From NCBI GenBank assembly GCA_002729765.1, contig PBYV01000081.1, forward strand, positions 10,377-74,376: 64,000 nucleotides of DNA, in the 5' to 3' direction. Source of the DNA: Acidimicrobiaceae bacterium (lineage in GTDB: Bacteria > Actinomycetota > Acidimicrobiia > Acidimicrobiales > MedAcidi-G1). Position numbers and translations under genes: made by a program. The notes under the pieces are model-generated. The model did no database searches and was not told the origin of the DNA. It saw only the letters and a program-made list of their open reading frames with translations. Below, one piece after another: positions 9,955-19,900 of the stretch; the stretch's first letter is position 1, and every line of letters begins with the position of its first letter.

Positions 9955-11034
9955 TTAATAAGAATTGAACGCTGGGAATCTTGCATCGTTAAACCCTAAA
10001 ATATTGTTCATCTCATTAACTTCTTTTATATATTGTGATTTCCATGGTTCTTTTAAATATAGACTATCAACTCTTTGTATATATCTTAAATTATGTTGAA
10101 TCCTATATCCTAATCTACCCTTAGATAAATCGCCTTGGCGCCTATGTAGAGAAATCGTATTATCAAAAAAACATAAATCTCTAGAAGTATACCAGTGGTC
10201 GTAAATATATTTATCAACGAATAGTGTTTCATTTATACTATCAGTTATTTTTTTAAACTCTGAATCAGTTGCCCCTTTAATTCCGGAAACGGTACTGGTA
10301 ATAGTATAATGTAAACCTTTTATTCCACCTGGAGATTGCATAACCATGGGCAGTTCACATCTTTCAGGACACATATTATTTTTAATTATTACTTGTTGTT
10401 CATCTTCAGATAATTCAGGAGTAAATCTATTTTTAGTAAAACTATGAACGAGAATCATATCATCGAGCTCACTTCTGAAAGATTCTGTTTGTTCTTCATA
10501 CCAATCGGTCGTAGTCAAAAACCCAGTAGAGGATCCTACGATATCTTCATATCCATAAAAAACTACGCTGGGCGCGAATAAAAAATTACCAGATTCATTA
10601 GCATGCCAAAGCAGTTCTCCGTCGGGAAACATTCCTGTAAAATCACCATTCTCATCTCTTCTAGATGTTACTCTAACCGCCGCAGCTTTTTCTGGATCTA
10701 TATCAGTAGCCTTAACCTTATCTACTGCCCTGAACCATTGCTTCTCTTCATCAGTTAAATCTAATTTTGCCATATTATCAGCAAATTGAAAAACATCTGT
10801 GAACCCATATTTTTTGGTAATGTTAACCAAAAAAGTACTAGTACCATCACCCCATCTTAGGGTTAATTCCTCAAATTGTGCTAAAGTAAAATCACAATCG
10901 CGTATAATAACTACTAAATTGTCCAAATATAAAGTAGCAATCTCATTCCATAATTCGGGTGTAATATCTTTATAATGTAGATCGTCTATGAATAGACCAA
11001 ATCTTCCTAATCCAGGTATTTTACTTGTTTTCAT
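9955..11034 (-). CDS. TauD/TfdA-family Fe(II)/2OG dioxygenase
   Basis: GELLWHANES, Y.H.W....L.FFDNTISLHRR and a terminal R. Confidence 0.7.
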   Translation of the reverse strand: MKTSKIPGLGRFGLFIDDLHYKDITPELWNEIATLYLDNLVVIIRDCDFTLAQFEELTLRWGDGTSTFLVNITKKYGFTDVFQFADNMAKLDLTDEEKQWFRAVDKVKATDIDPEKAAAVRVTSRRDENGDFTGMFPDGELLWHANESGNFLFAPSVVFYGYEDIVGSSTGFLTTTDWYEEQTESFRSELDDMILVHSFTKNRFTPELSEDEQQVIIKNNMCPERCELPMVMQSPGGIKGLHYTITSTVSGIKGATDSEFKKITDSINETLFVDKYIYDHWYTSRDLCFFDNTISLHRRQGDLSKGRLGYRIQHNLRYIQRVDSLYLKEPWKSQYIKEVNEMNNILGFNDARFPAFNSY

Positions 11035-12059
11035 ATATTACTTTGAAATTGAGTTGTGTGGCTCATAATAGAGTTTGTTGTGTCGTCTATTTCATCTGGA
11101 GACATAAACTTTGATTCTAAGTGAGACCAATATCGTTGATAATCTGTGCTGTCCCAATCCTCATATATATCATCCCACGTATGTTCGGTCATATGGGGTA
11201 TAAAAAAATAATCTGCTAAAGGATCAGATAATGGTATAAATCTAAAATCAGCAGAAAGTCTTAAATGATTCGTTGTATTGGTTGTACTAAAATGGGTAGT
11301 CAGATTATGAAAAAGTAATACATCACCGCTTTCAAAATCACTAGCCAACCATTCGTAATCATCTTTATTTAGTTTAAAAGTTATCTGATTGGATTGGTCA
11401 AAAAATCTATCTTCATTTGGAATATTACCCAAATTTAAATGACTGCCTTTCGCAGTTACTATAACACCCTTATCTATGGGATTATCACCAAATGGGACCC
11501 ACGCGGTCCACATATTTCGTGCAACTCCGGAATACCAAAAATCCTGATGTAATTTAGAAAATTCACCATTATTTTTAAAAAATCTAAAAAGTACTCTAGG
11601 CAATAACATAAATTCTTCGCCATACATATGAGAAAATAATTTAAGTAAAAGAGGTTCTTTATGTAAATATTCATTAAAAGATTGTAATTTAACGAAGATA
11701 TCCCAAAATGCAGTAGGCCCGGATCCGGAATTAACATCTACATCATCGCGTAAAATATCATCTTTTAATAATAAATTTTGCTCAGCACATATACGCAAAA
11801 CATCATCCCTTAAAGACATGTTTCTTTCTACATCCAGTGCTCCTTTTATATATAAGTAACCATCTGACTTAGCTCTTTTTTTAATCTCGTCATAATCACC
11901 ATCATGAAATGCCTCACTTGAATCTGTATATGGAGATATATCATAATCATTAATATCACCGGACCAATCATTATGAACAGTTTCATATAAACCATGTATT
12001 ACAGCACTGTCCGTAGCATTATGTTGAATTCGTTTTTCTACGTCCTGTTGATTACTCAT
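11031..12059 (-). CDS. PhyH-family Fe(II)/2OG dioxygenase
   Basis: DGYL, LHQD, WTAWVPF, GDVLLFHNLTTH, RLSADFRF. Confidence 0.85.
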   Translation of the reverse strand: MSNQQDVEKRIQHNATDSAVIHGLYETVHNDWSGDINDYDISPYTDSSEAFHDGDYDEIKKRAKSDGYLYIKGALDVERNMSLRDDVLRICAEQNLLLKDDILRDDVDVNSGSGPTAFWDIFVKLQSFNEYLHKEPLLLKLFSHMYGEEFMLLPRVLFRFFKNNGEFSKLHQDFWYSGVARNMWTAWVPFGDNPIDKGVIVTAKGSHLNLGNIPNEDRFFDQSNQITFKLNKDDYEWLASDFESGDVLLFHNLTTHFSTTNTTNHLRLSADFRFIPLSDPLADYFFIPHMTEHTWDDIYEDWDSTDYQRYWSHLESKFMSPDEIDDTTNSIMSHTTQFQSNI

Positions 12060-13879
12060 GGAGCTCCTCCTAATTCAATTTCACCCCCATCAATTATATT
12101 TTGTGTTACATCTCGATAATAAAAATCTGAATCATCTTTTCTTTTTATCATTTCAATCGTCTCCGTGAATTGTTCATCATTTAAATCATTTTTGTACGCA
12201 TCAGAAATAAATGTTGTGACATCATGAAAGAAAAACTCATGATGTTCCTGGAAAAATTTAATATCTTGAAATTTTTGAGATTTCATATCATATGCAAAAT
12301 AACTTTTGTTTACTAAAGACTCTAATTCAGAATATCTTTCATTTATTATTCCATAAGAATTGAGAATATATGTTTGCATTTTTTTAAAAACTTCAACTAA
12401 CGGAATATTAAGACATTTGCTTATATAACTTACAATATCTTTTAAAACAATATGATACCAAAAACATTCTATTACCCAATAAAACATCCAACACTTAATA
12501 ACATTAGATTCTGACATTGAAAAGGTTTCTACTATTATATCAGCATATTCCAAATGTTCATTTTTAAATTTGTCTAAACTGGTATATATACGTCTATCAG
12601 AAAAATCCTTACTTACAAAATAATTGTATGGCATATTTCTGACTTTAATTTTATACTTACTTTGATATTCCACCGACCCAAATTCGGAATTAGGAAGAAC
12701 CATAGCAGGATATATCATTCCATCAGATGAATCATTTTGTAAAAAATACTCCCAATCGGCAACAAAACTATTATATGTCATTCCCGGTAAAGGAATTATA
12801 AGTTCAACTTCAAAAGGTACATCATTTTGCTTTTGACTATCTACTATTAGATCTAGATCGGTTATGCTTAAATTATCACGTCTAATATTAGTTAATGTAT
12901 CATGATCAAAACTTTGTATAGCTACTCTAGGAGATGGTGTTTTATTATCAGGTAATGCCTCCCTGATCAATCTCTGAATTTCAGCGACGCCATTTCTTTT
13001 CGGGGGTGTCTTAGCATACCCTAATGTGGGAAAAAATTCAGGATATCCCTCTTTGTTATATGTATCTACTAGATGTTGTACGAGTTCAACATCTCTTTTT
13101 TTAAATATACCAAAATTTGCATCGGATATCCACATTGCAAACATTTTTTTATCTGCAATGTACGTAATTTCATCCTTACATCTATTTATATCAAATATTT
13201 TAACTTTTTGATAAGTTAATCCACCCCAATCACAAAAAGAACATTTAAAGGGGCATCCCCTATTAGATTCCCATGTAGCATGGAATTTTACATCAGGATA
13301 ATCATTCATTATTTTTTCAAAAAACCCAGTAAGATAAGGACTCGGTATTACATCAAGATCTTTCATTCTAGGATGCTTTGGTGTTCTCAGAATATCATTA
13401 GTACCATTTAATATGATTCCATTTATTTTAGAATAGTCTGGATTATCATTAATTCCTTCTAATAAAATATTTTCAAAAATTTCTTCGCCCTCATTTACAG
13501 CAGCAATATCAATATATGGTCGGGCTTTAAACCATTCATCCTGTTTAACTGGTATATGAGGACCACCAACAACAATAAGACAATTAGGATATTTTTCTTT
13601 AATCTTTTCTGCTATAATACATTGAAAGCTAGTATTCCAAACATAACAACAAAATGCAACCACGTCTGGTTGATCTAGTTTATCTAATACATCATCTAAA
13701 GGGTCCCTAAACACAATAGTGTCTTTAAGAACATATCTATCTTTAATCAATTCATTACAATGAGCATATTCCCATAATACTCCTGCTGTATAAGGTAAGA
13801 AAGCCCATTCACATTTTGACATCCCTCCAATGGTTTCATCGGCCGGAGTTATTTGACACATATATAAATTTTTGCTCAT
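12056..13879 (-). CDS. Cobalamin-binding (class B-like) radical SAM protein
   Basis: N-terminal B12 domain (YVWN, VGGPH, EGEE, IPSPYL) followed by RGCPFKCSFCDWG, DANFG and PLPG. Confidence 0.88.
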   Translation of the reverse strand: MSKNLYMCQITPADETIGGMSKCEWAFLPYTAGVLWEYAHCNELIKDRYVLKDTIVFRDPLDDVLDKLDQPDVVAFCCYVWNTSFQCIIAEKIKEKYPNCLIVVGGPHIPVKQDEWFKARPYIDIAAVNEGEEIFENILLEGINDNPDYSKINGIILNGTNDILRTPKHPRMKDLDVIPSPYLTGFFEKIMNDYPDVKFHATWESNRGCPFKCSFCDWGGLTYQKVKIFDINRCKDEITYIADKKMFAMWISDANFGIFKKRDVELVQHLVDTYNKEGYPEFFPTLGYAKTPPKRNGVAEIQRLIREALPDNKTPSPRVAIQSFDHDTLTNIRRDNLSITDLDLIVDSQKQNDVPFEVELIIPLPGMTYNSFVADWEYFLQNDSSDGMIYPAMVLPNSEFGSVEYQSKYKIKVRNMPYNYFVSKDFSDRRIYTSLDKFKNEHLEYADIIVETFSMSESNVIKCWMFYWVIECFWYHIVLKDIVSYISKCLNIPLVEVFKKMQTYILNSYGIINERYSELESLVNKSYFAYDMKSQKFQDIKFFQEHHEFFFHDVTTFISDAYKNDLNDEQFTETIEMIKRKDDSDFYYRDVTQNIIDGGEIELGGAP

Positions 13880-14802
13880 TTTAATGTATCATTGAAATCT
13901 ATTTTTATAGTTGCATGATTTTCAGCAACAGCTCTGGATAACGATTCATCTTGAACAATATTTAAATTATATCTGTCCCAATAAAAACATTTTGATTTAT
14001 CTTTAAAATTTGAATATACATCTTCCCATTCCAAATCTTTAGAATGTGTATCAAAAAATAAATCAAAAAATCTCTCATCTACAGGTTGATATCTAGTGTC
14101 TAAGGTGCACCGGACTTTAGATGATATATTATGATTATTGCCATGTTGAGTAAGGACATTAAACATTAAAAAATCCCCTGCTTGAAAATCATCAGTAATC
14201 CATTCTTCAAAATTAGTTGGATGATATCCAATCATCTGGTTTTCTTCAGAAAAATATCTTTGTTCTGGAGGTATAATCCCAAGTAATTGAGATTTAGGAT
14301 ATACTCTCATAGAACCCATATCTGATGACACATCACCAAAAGGAATCCACATTGTCCACAAATCAAGCGACATTCCAGCATACCAATGATCTTGATGTGG
14401 TAATGTTGTCAATCTGGGATTATTAGGAAAAATTGTCCTTTGAACTAATCTGGGTATAGGTATACAATCTTTGCCGGTAATTATTTTCATTACAGCATAA
14501 AACATATCTTGATGCATATATGAATGTAAATCTTCCAAATAATTAATATCAGTAAAATATTCATCTGGACCCACACCGCCAGCATAAAACATATCTTGAA
14601 AATCTGTATTAAAATCCCCAGTTTCAGTAATATAATTATATTTTAATAAAACTTCGTCTATTTGATGTTTAACGTTTAAATTCTCTTCTACATCTAAACA
14701 TTGTTTGAAAAAAAGATATCCATACTCATCTGCAAAATCTTTAATTTCTGAAATGTTTCCATTTTTCCAATGCTCACTGGAATCTATTAATCTTTCTACC
14801 AT
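13876..14802 (-). CDS. PhyH-family Fe(II)/2OG dioxygenase
   Basis: YGYL, PHQD, WTMWIPFGD, GDFLMFNVLTQH, RCTLDTRY. Confidence 0.85.
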   Translation of the reverse strand: MVERLIDSSEHWKNGNISEIKDFADEYGYLFFKQCLDVEENLNVKHQIDEVLLKYNYITETGDFNTDFQDMFYAGGVGPDEYFTDINYLEDLHSYMHQDMFYAVMKIITGKDCIPIPRLVQRTIFPNNPRLTTLPHQDHWYAGMSLDLWTMWIPFGDVSSDMGSMRVYPKSQLLGIIPPEQRYFSEENQMIGYHPTNFEEWITDDFQAGDFLMFNVLTQHGNNHNISSKVRCTLDTRYQPVDERFFDLFFDTHSKDLEWEDVYSNFKDKSKCFYWDRYNLNIVQDESLSRAVAENHATIKIDFNDTLK

Positions 14803-15491
14803 AAAACCTCCAATGCACGCGGATTTAATGCTATAAAGAATTGATATACATCATCGGTAAAGGCTAACGCTTCGTGAGGCTTAATTGAATCGTGTAGATA
14901 AAGTCTACCCTGTTCTATATTATGCCTTCTTACCATTGTACCATTTTCTTCATAACGCAAAACCATGCCGTCGGGATTAGTGGTCCCCCATAACCTAATC
15001 CACTGTGTTGGGTGCCAAGTATCTATATGTTTTTTAAAATGTCCCAAATAATCCCATTTGAATATACAGCTTCTATACATATAAGGCAATATTTCACTTA
15101 ATACAGATAGACTGGAAATTTTTAATGCATCAGTTGGTTCCTTAAAATGTTTTTCATTTACAATACTATCCATATCAATTTTTCGAGAATTCCATTCTTT
15201 CCATTTAACCAGATGGTCATCTGTCCATTCTTTATATTTGAATTGGGGATATTCTAATAAAAAGTTCCATCTATCTAATGGATAACACGCAGGATCATCT
15301 TTTTTAAAAATTCCATCTTCATTAATTAAAGGAACCGCATACCGTGGAAATTCTAAGTGAACATCTCCCCAAGGTATAAAATTAAACCTGGATATTTCCT
15401 TTACAAACAATTCACTATCTATTTTTAATTTCGTAGGAACTGCATTTTCGGTATGATATGTATAATATTCTTTCTCTGTTAAGACTTCCAT
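14796..15491 (-). CDS. Putative cupin/2OG-Fe(II) hydroxylase (Asp/Asn beta-hydroxylase-like)
   Basis: GHFKKHID followed by E.GRLY..DSIKPHEA (HxD...H). Confidence 0.45.
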   Translation of the reverse strand: MEVLTEKEYYTYHTENAVPTKLKIDSELFVKEISRFNFIPWGDVHLEFPRYAVPLINEDGIFKKDDPACYPLDRWNFLLEYPQFKYKEWTDDHLVKWKEWNSRKIDMDSIVNEKHFKEPTDALKISSLSVLSEILPYMYRSCIFKWDYLGHFKKHIDTWHPTQWIRLWGTTNPDGMVLRYEENGTMVRRHNIEQGRLYLHDSIKPHEALAFTDDVYQFFIALNPRALEVLW

Positions 15492-16099
15492 GTATCCGCC
15501 TTTATCTGTTTTATTCTACTCTCAAATTTTCCTGTACTGAGATCAAATGTATCACCTGTGCTTACACCATCAACAAATAAATTATCTTTGTATTCCAAAT
15601 AATATGGAGATTCTTGAAAATCAAAAATATTATTATTTGATATCATTACAGGTGGTATACATTCTGTAGAACCATATATGTTCCAAACATTTTGTGCGCC
15701 TGTTGATTTCATTAGTGATATATCTTCATCAGTAACCGGCGCAGAGCCTGTAGAAAAATTCCTAACAAATTCAAGATTAGGTTTTTTTCTTTTAACAAGA
15801 GTCCTCCATGTTCCAATTGCTAATGTAAGAATTGTAGGTTTAACTTCTTCTACAACATCCCAGAATTTCAAAGGTTCAAATTTAACATTTACTACATTAC
15901 AATGAGCAATTTTTGCAGGTATTATACAAAATGCCCAGCTTGCAATAGTCCATGTTGGGAAAGGGTTTATAATAACATCATCGTATTCTATTCCCCATTT
16001 TTCAACTAACCAATGGCCGGCTTTAAAAAAATCATTTTCAGCATGTGTAACTAGTTTTTGTTTTCCGGTTGAACCACTAGTATATAAAGATATTTTCAT
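15479..16099 (-). CDS. Truncated AMP-binding (adenylate-forming) enzyme
   Basis: YTSGSTGKQK (A3), GSAP, IYGSTE (A5), TGD (A7); only 206 aa. Confidence 0.75.
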   Translation of the reverse strand: MKISLYTSGSTGKQKLVTHAENDFFKAGHWLVEKWGIEYDDVIINPFPTWTIASWAFCIIPAKIAHCNVVNVKFEPLKFWDVVEEVKPTILTLAIGTWRTLVKRKKPNLEFVRNFSTGSAPVTDEDISLMKSTGAQNVWNIYGSTECIPPVMISNNNIFDFQESPYYLEYKDNLFVDGVSTGDTFDLSTGKFESRIKQIKADTWKS

Positions 16100-16590
16100 A
16101 AATTATATTTCCAAATATTTTGTTTCACATTATTAAACATTTTGACATCCACTAAATCTACGATACCTTTTTGGGATAACTTTTTCATAATGTTTGAAAA
16201 TTTATAACTCTTAACACCATTTTTAGAATCTACATTATTTGTTAAATAATATGGTCCGACTCCACCCGTAATTTCCTTTTGGATGTTTATATGGCTCCAT
16301 TGATATGAACTTTGTATAATATCTCTCGATACTTTTTTTACATGTCCAGGAAGAGTAACACCTCTGAATAATAAACGATATCCTTTTAACTCTTCTTCCC
16401 ATTTAACTCCACTCATAGAAATTAAAGATGAATCTATAAAGGTTCCCACCCACTTGGCTTCATTATATTTGATACTTTTTAAACTCACATTATTTTTATA
16501 TCTTAAATATGAGCATTCAACTAAAAATTCTAATATTATCAATAAATCATCATCATTTAATGATCTATTACTGCATTGCATAACCCACAC
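16096..16590 (-). CDS. Hypothetical protein, possibly GNAT-like fold
   Basis: 164 aa, coupled to both neighbours. The pattern LISMSGV....YRLLFRGVTLP is only weakly GNAT-like. Confidence 0.5.
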   Translation of the reverse strand: MWVMQCSNRSLNDDDLLIILEFLVECSYLRYKNNVSLKSIKYNEAKWVGTFIDSSLISMSGVKWEEELKGYRLLFRGVTLPGHVKKVSRDIIQSSYQWSHINIQKEITGGVGPYYLTNNVDSKNGVKSYKFSNIMKKLSQKGIVDLVDVKMFNNVKQNIWKYNL

Positions 16591-18220
16591 CTAAATTATA
16601 TATAGACCTATTAAAATATTTGAATATAAAGTTTTCAAAGTCCTTTAAAACTAAATTAACATGTTCTCGAAAATATCCAATGCAATAATTATGATCAACT
16701 ACTTGGTCATAATCATCATATGTATTATGAATATTATTTTTTAATCGATTATATAATGTGCCTGTGGTTGATGTTGGGTTATTTTCTAGAAAATCTTGAA
16801 ATTTAACAAAGAAATCTTTTATTTTAACATCGGCTTTAAAATATTCATAATATATATATCTCAATATTGGCTCAAACCAAAAATTCTTAACAATCCATAC
16901 AAACATCCATCCTTTAACAACATCTTCATAAGACATAGACTCCATAGAAGTAATAATTTCACATTCTTCCATGTCAACATTAAAGGGAATGGTTTTCGTT
17001 TTCATTTTAAAACGTTTTTTATAAGCTTTATCATTAAGCTCCGCATTCGGTAAAATTAAACAAGGATATACGTTTATTTTTAATTTTTTAATTGGCATCA
17101 TTCCGGATAGCTCTTTAACCCATCTATCATACGTAGTACCTGGTAGGGGATATATTAATTCAATCTCTATATTTTTAGAATCCATCTTATCCGCATTAAC
17201 AATGCTCATATTTTTTCTTTTAATATTAGATAAAACTTCTGGATCAGTAGACTGTAAAGCCACTCTAGGAACAGTATTATTATTCTCAACACCCTCTAAT
17301 AATCGTTGTTGTATTTGCAATGAAGAATTTTTATCTGCCGGTGTTTTTGCATAACCTGAATGTGCTATTTTTTTAGGATAGCCTGTGGTTTCATGATACC
17401 CTACTGCCTTATCTATTATATTATAATCTCTTTCTTTAAATATACCTAAATTACTATTTGTGAACCAAAGATAATTTATTTTATTGCGACTAATCCATTC
17501 AAATTCTTTAAATAGTCTACATTCATCAAATTTTATCATCTTTTGTTGAGTTAAACTGCCCCAATCACAAAAGGTACATTTAAATGGGCAACCTCTATCC
17601 ATCTCAACGGTGGCGTGAAAATTAACTGAAGGATTTTTTAATATAATATTATTAAAAAGACCTGACAAATATGGACTAGGGATTGTATTAATATCTTTAA
17701 TTCTAATAGCTTGTTTCGTTTTAAAAATTTTATCATTTTTTCTAAAAATAATTCCTGGTATCTCTGAAAAATCTTTTTTATTAAAATATTCTAATAAAAT
17801 TTGTTCAAAGATTTTTTCTCCTTCACCCACAGCACCAATATCTACATAGTCATGTGAATCATACCACTTATCATCATTAGAATTAGGAACATGCGGCCCT
17901 CCACAAATAATTAAACAATCTGGATACTTTTTTTTTATTTTTTTTAAAATATAAAGGTGTTTATTAGAATTCCACATATAATTACTAGTGGCAACTATAT
18001 CTGGTTGTTCCATGTTATCAATATAATGATCTAAATCATCTATATTAAACACTAAATCCTTTAATATAAAATTATCGGATATTATTTTATTTTGTAAACA
18101 ATAAGACCAAAGAAGACCGACAGAATATGGTAAAAATGCCGATTTATTACTCGACATTTCAACTCCAACAGAAGAGTCAGATAAAGGAGATGTTAATTGT
18201 AATAAGTAAACGTTCTTCAT
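16568..18220 (-). CDS. Cobalamin-binding (class B-like) radical SAM protein
   Basis: YMWN, CGGPH, GEGE, IPSPYL, RGCPFKCTFCDWG, PLPG; paralogue of 12056..13879. Confidence 0.88.
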   Translation of the reverse strand: MKNVYLLQLTSPLSDSSVGVEMSSNKSAFLPYSVGLLWSYCLQNKIISDNFILKDLVFNIDDLDHYIDNMEQPDIVATSNYMWNSNKHLYILKKIKKKYPDCLIICGGPHVPNSNDDKWYDSHDYVDIGAVGEGEKIFEQILLEYFNKKDFSEIPGIIFRKNDKIFKTKQAIRIKDINTIPSPYLSGLFNNIILKNPSVNFHATVEMDRGCPFKCTFCDWGSLTQQKMIKFDECRLFKEFEWISRNKINYLWFTNSNLGIFKERDYNIIDKAVGYHETTGYPKKIAHSGYAKTPADKNSSLQIQQRLLEGVENNNTVPRVALQSTDPEVLSNIKRKNMSIVNADKMDSKNIEIELIYPLPGTTYDRWVKELSGMMPIKKLKINVYPCLILPNAELNDKAYKKRFKMKTKTIPFNVDMEECEIITSMESMSYEDVVKGWMFVWIVKNFWFEPILRYIYYEYFKADVKIKDFFVKFQDFLENNPTSTTGTLYNRLKNNIHNTYDDYDQVVDHNYCIGYFREHVNLVLKDFENFIFKYFNRSIYNLGVGYAMQ

Positions 18221-19224
18221 AAGCTGGCATCATTTAAAAACTTATAAGAATAGTTTTCCCTAAAAAAATTAATATTATATTTTGGTTTATTCAATGTATG
18301 ATATTTTTTTAAAGATCTCCAATATTCAGTATGATCATTTTTAGAAGAAGTGTAAAATAATTCCAAAAAATCATATACATGCTGGCACAATCTAACATAT
18401 GAACGATTAAATATTTCCTCTTTATTTTTTTTATATTTTAATTTTTCAATAGTTTCTATCGCCCATGTTATTAGAAAAAGTCCTGTAGCTTCAAGAGGTT
18501 CTGCAAACCCACAACTTAATCCCACAGACACGGTATTCCCCAACCACGGGGTTAAACAATACCTATTATTAAAGGGAATAGCCTGAATGTCTTCGGCTTT
18601 AACATTACCTACATTTTTATTTTTAAATTCTTCAATGGCATCATTTACACTTATAAAATTATTATTAAAAACATACCCATTACCACTCCTTGATCTTAAA
18701 TCTACATTCCACATCCACCCATAATCCATAGCGAAAGTGTTTGTTATAGATTGACAATTAGAATCACCGGGCGCGAAGAGTGCCATATTATTAGACAGAG
18801 TTTTATAAGAACCAAATTGTTTATTTTTAGAAAAATCACTATTGAAGCCGGTGCAATCTATTACTAAATCAGGATTATCTACTTTACATAATCTGGGGCG
18901 CGTAATTTCTTCTAGAAGAATAATCATTTTTAACGCATCTAAATGATAAGCATGAGTATTATTGGGAAACGGGTGTACCCAATCAGTTTTATGCCAACCA
19001 TGATGTTTAATACCATATTTAATTACACCGTCACACTTATTAATTACATCCTCTTCAGATATTCCACAATAATCAAAAAATTTAACTAGTCCGGGTAATG
19101 TGCTTTCTCCAACACCTATAGGTTTGGAATTTTTAGGAAGCTTTATTTCAACTTTATTAGTTCGGGATAAATATGCGGCTGCTAACCAACCCGCACTTCC
19201 ACCACCTAAAATTAATATGTTCAT
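18217..19224 (-). CDS. Tryptophan halogenase (PrnA)-like flavoprotein, short
   Basis: GGGSAG, IGVGEST, IKYGI (catalytic Lys position), DCTGF, GWMWNV, EPLEATG. Confidence 0.8.
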   Translation of the reverse strand: MNILILGGGSAGWLAAAYLSRTNKVEIKLPKNSKPIGVGESTLPGLVKFFDYCGISEEDVINKCDGVIKYGIKHHGWHKTDWVHPFPNNTHAYHLDALKMIILLEEITRPRLCKVDNPDLVIDCTGFNSDFSKNKQFGSYKTLSNNMALFAPGDSNCQSITNTFAMDYGWMWNVDLRSRSGNGYVFNNNFISVNDAIEEFKNKNVGNVKAEDIQAIPFNNRYCLTPWLGNTVSVGLSCGFAEPLEATGLFLITWAIETIEKLKYKKNKEEIFNRSYVRLCQHVYDFLELFYTSSKNDHTEYWRSLKKYHTLNKPKYNINFFRENYSYKFLNDASL

Positions 19225-19754
19225 AGTTGATTAAACAAATATAATGTTTCTTTAAATGGAATATATACAGGATGTCCATTTCGTGTTTCTATATCTAAAA
19301 ATTGATATTGGGACATATTATCAAAAAAACCAATATTCGGATGTAGCATATGTTTCATTCGGTGCAGAGGAAGATCATTACTTTGTTGTGTCCATGGTTC
19401 ATTTGAATTAGATATTCCTTTTGATATTAAAAGTGTACGATTTAATCTATAAGTATAATCTAATGATTCTTTTTCCATGTCATCTAAAACCAAATTCATA
19501 TCATAGCTAACTAAATCTCTCCAATGAACATGTTCATTTAACATAAACAGCGCTACTTGTTCAGGTATAGAGAGTGGAAAATCAACTCTTGAAGTTAAAT
19601 CATATTCACTCATATAATCTACTAATGTTTCTCCATTAGGTGCAGGACAAACTTCTCTATCAGGATTATTATGCATACTACATGTCCATGTCTGTAATGT
19701 AATAGCAAATTCTTCCATGGATTTTTTCATCACTTTCCGCCGTGCTTCTTCCAA
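19221..19754 (-). CDS. Hypothetical protein
   Basis: 177 aa ORF overlapping both neighbours; no motif recognised. Confidence 0.6.
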   Translation of the reverse strand: MEEARRKVMKKSMEEFAITLQTWTCSMHNNPDREVCPAPNGETLVDYMSEYDLTSRVDFPLSIPEQVALFMLNEHVHWRDLVSYDMNLVLDDMEKESLDYTYRLNRTLLISKGISNSNEPWTQQSNDLPLHRMKHMLHPNIGFFDNMSQYQFLDIETRNGHPVYIPFKETLYLFNQL

Positions 19755-19900
19755 TTTTCAGGATACTTTTCTCGTAACATTGCATCTATAGAATCTTCAA
19801 ATGCTTTGCTATTTGTACCTGGTTTATAAGTACAAGGGAATTTTAAATCTTCTTTCCCAAAGTTTTCTTTCCAATAGTTGACTATCTTGTTTATTATCAT
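19730..19900 (-). CDS. Small hypothetical protein (56 aa)
   Basis: The probable start is the ATG at 19900 (MIINKIVNYW...), which forms an ATGA overlap with the halogenase stop. Confidence 0.5.
   Translation of the reverse strand: MIINKIVNYWKENFGKEDLKFPCTYKPGTNSKAFEDSIDAMLREKYPENWKKHGGK

Noticed and set aside
13183-13190. TATAAATA inside the B12 radical SAM gene
   Set aside because: Intragenic and far from a start codon; expected by chance in AT-rich DNA.
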